UHGV virus genome: UHGV-1336581
Reading direction: 5' to 3' (one strand)
Length of the DNA stretch: 38,564 nucleotides
Source: a virus
The position numbers and the translations under genes were made by a program. The notes beneath the pieces were generated by a model. That model saw nothing but the letters and a program-made list of their open reading frames with translations. It was not told the DNA's origin and searched no databases. Positions 37,708 through 38,564 of this stretch are shown one piece after another (the first letter of the stretch is position 1; every line of letters starts with the position of its first letter).

Positions 37708-38398
37708 TTAAGCAAGGGTGTTATTATCAACACCCTTGCTCATAGTCTTACAATATTAAATGTTGTGTTTTTTATTTATATATTTTATTGCCCATCAAGC
37801 TATTAATTCATCTCGTTGTTTGAGATAGGTTGAGCATTTGTATTTTTTTATCAATTTTATCTGTATGAGCTTAAGCAGCTTCAATAATATCTGCGTTAAA
37901 TTACGCTTCATTCAGAGACGTGCTTGCTATTGACATGTAATCCATGTGCAACAAGATTCCTGCCATAACTTATGCGTTTCAGAGCCGAATCATGGACTGC
38001 TTTAAGTCATTTTTGTAGGGAAAACATGTTCACATGTCAGCACTGATTTGTTTCATCATATCCACTATCTCGAATTTCTGTGTCGATAGATGAATGCAGA
38101 CGGAAATATGTGAATTTTGTGCACGCTCTGCTATTAAGCGAAAACGAGCGTGGGTATATCAACTAATAATTGCCCTCATTAACATAGGTGGTGGCGGGTA
38201 TAATCTCTGTAACCCAGTTGTTCGTGACTACCTACCTCGTCAAATTTTCACACCCGCGAAATAAAAAATACTTCACGCTAGTGGTTATCCTTGGGCATCC
38301 ACCAGCCCTTCATCATTGCCAGCCTGTGAGGCTGAGGCTCGAAGAAAAAGAGTGCTAGATAGTCGATTTTTGCCTGGTTTGGGATAAGGGAAAATTTA

Positions 38399-38420
38399 TT
38401 GGGGGTACTTTTGGGGGTAT
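38399..38420 (+). repeat. TTGGGGGTACTTTTGGGGGTAT, second copy (candidate integrase arm-type site at the distal island end)
   Basis: Exact 22-mer also at 19221-19242. Confidence 0.5.
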
Positions 38421-38480
38421 CTATAAAAATGAAATATGAAAATGTCATTAAATATCAATGTATTTGTTGTTTATGTTTTG

Positions 38481-38500
38481 TTCCTATTATCGCACCATTT
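38481..38500 (+). other. Degenerate copy of the tRNA 3' att core (TCCTATTATCG-CACCATT)
   Basis: Matches TCCTATTATCGGCACCATT at 19091-19109 with one missing G; no tRNA body upstream. Confidence 0.5.
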
Positions 38501-38564
38501 AAATCAAGTAGTTACCCCATATTTAAATACACCACGTTTCCTCCTGTGCCGTATTTGTGCCATT

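Overview
This window reads as two mobile elements stacked at a tRNA-Thr-type attachment site, both carrying accessory cargo. All calls are from reading the sequence and the ORF track by eye; no database search or computation was run, and coordinates I placed by counting (repeats, sites, junctions) may be off by a base or two. (1) Positions 1 to about 19060: a defective hybrid prophage. It has a lambdoid ninR/late-control and lysis block (LexA-like DNA-binding protein, RusA, KilA-N protein, DUF968 protein, antiterminator Q, holin, lambda R-type endolysin). A deletion just after the first ~12 codons of Rz joins this directly to a Mu/e14-like baseplate and tail-fibre module with a Pin-invertible tail-fibre segment; terminase, head, sheath and tube genes are absent. 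Two accessory insertions stand out: an AT-rich two-gene moron between Q and the lysis genes (a membrane protein plus a protein with peptidoglycan glycosyltransferase GT51 motifs), and, after pin, three minus-strand cargo genes (a KAP-family P-loop NTPase and two GIY-YIG nuclease-like proteins), each followed at its 3' end by a copy of the same repeat. (2) About 19062 to 38500: a P4-type-integrase island bounded by a 3' tRNA-Thr fragment and a degenerate copy of the same core. It encodes integrase, AlpA, an antirepressor-like protein, a run of small overlapping genes, a RecA-fold helicase-like ATPase followed by an iteron-rich AT region (candidate origin), a decayed primase/helicase remnant, an SDH/Clp-fold protease, an IS66 remnant, FinO/ProQ-like and PerC-like regulators, a lipoprotein, and AT-rich cargo genes of unknown function at the distal end. 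The best candidates for an undescribed system are the Q-proximal GT51 moron, the repeat-delimited KAP/GIY-YIG stack beside pin, and the 532-aa AT-rich protein near the island end.
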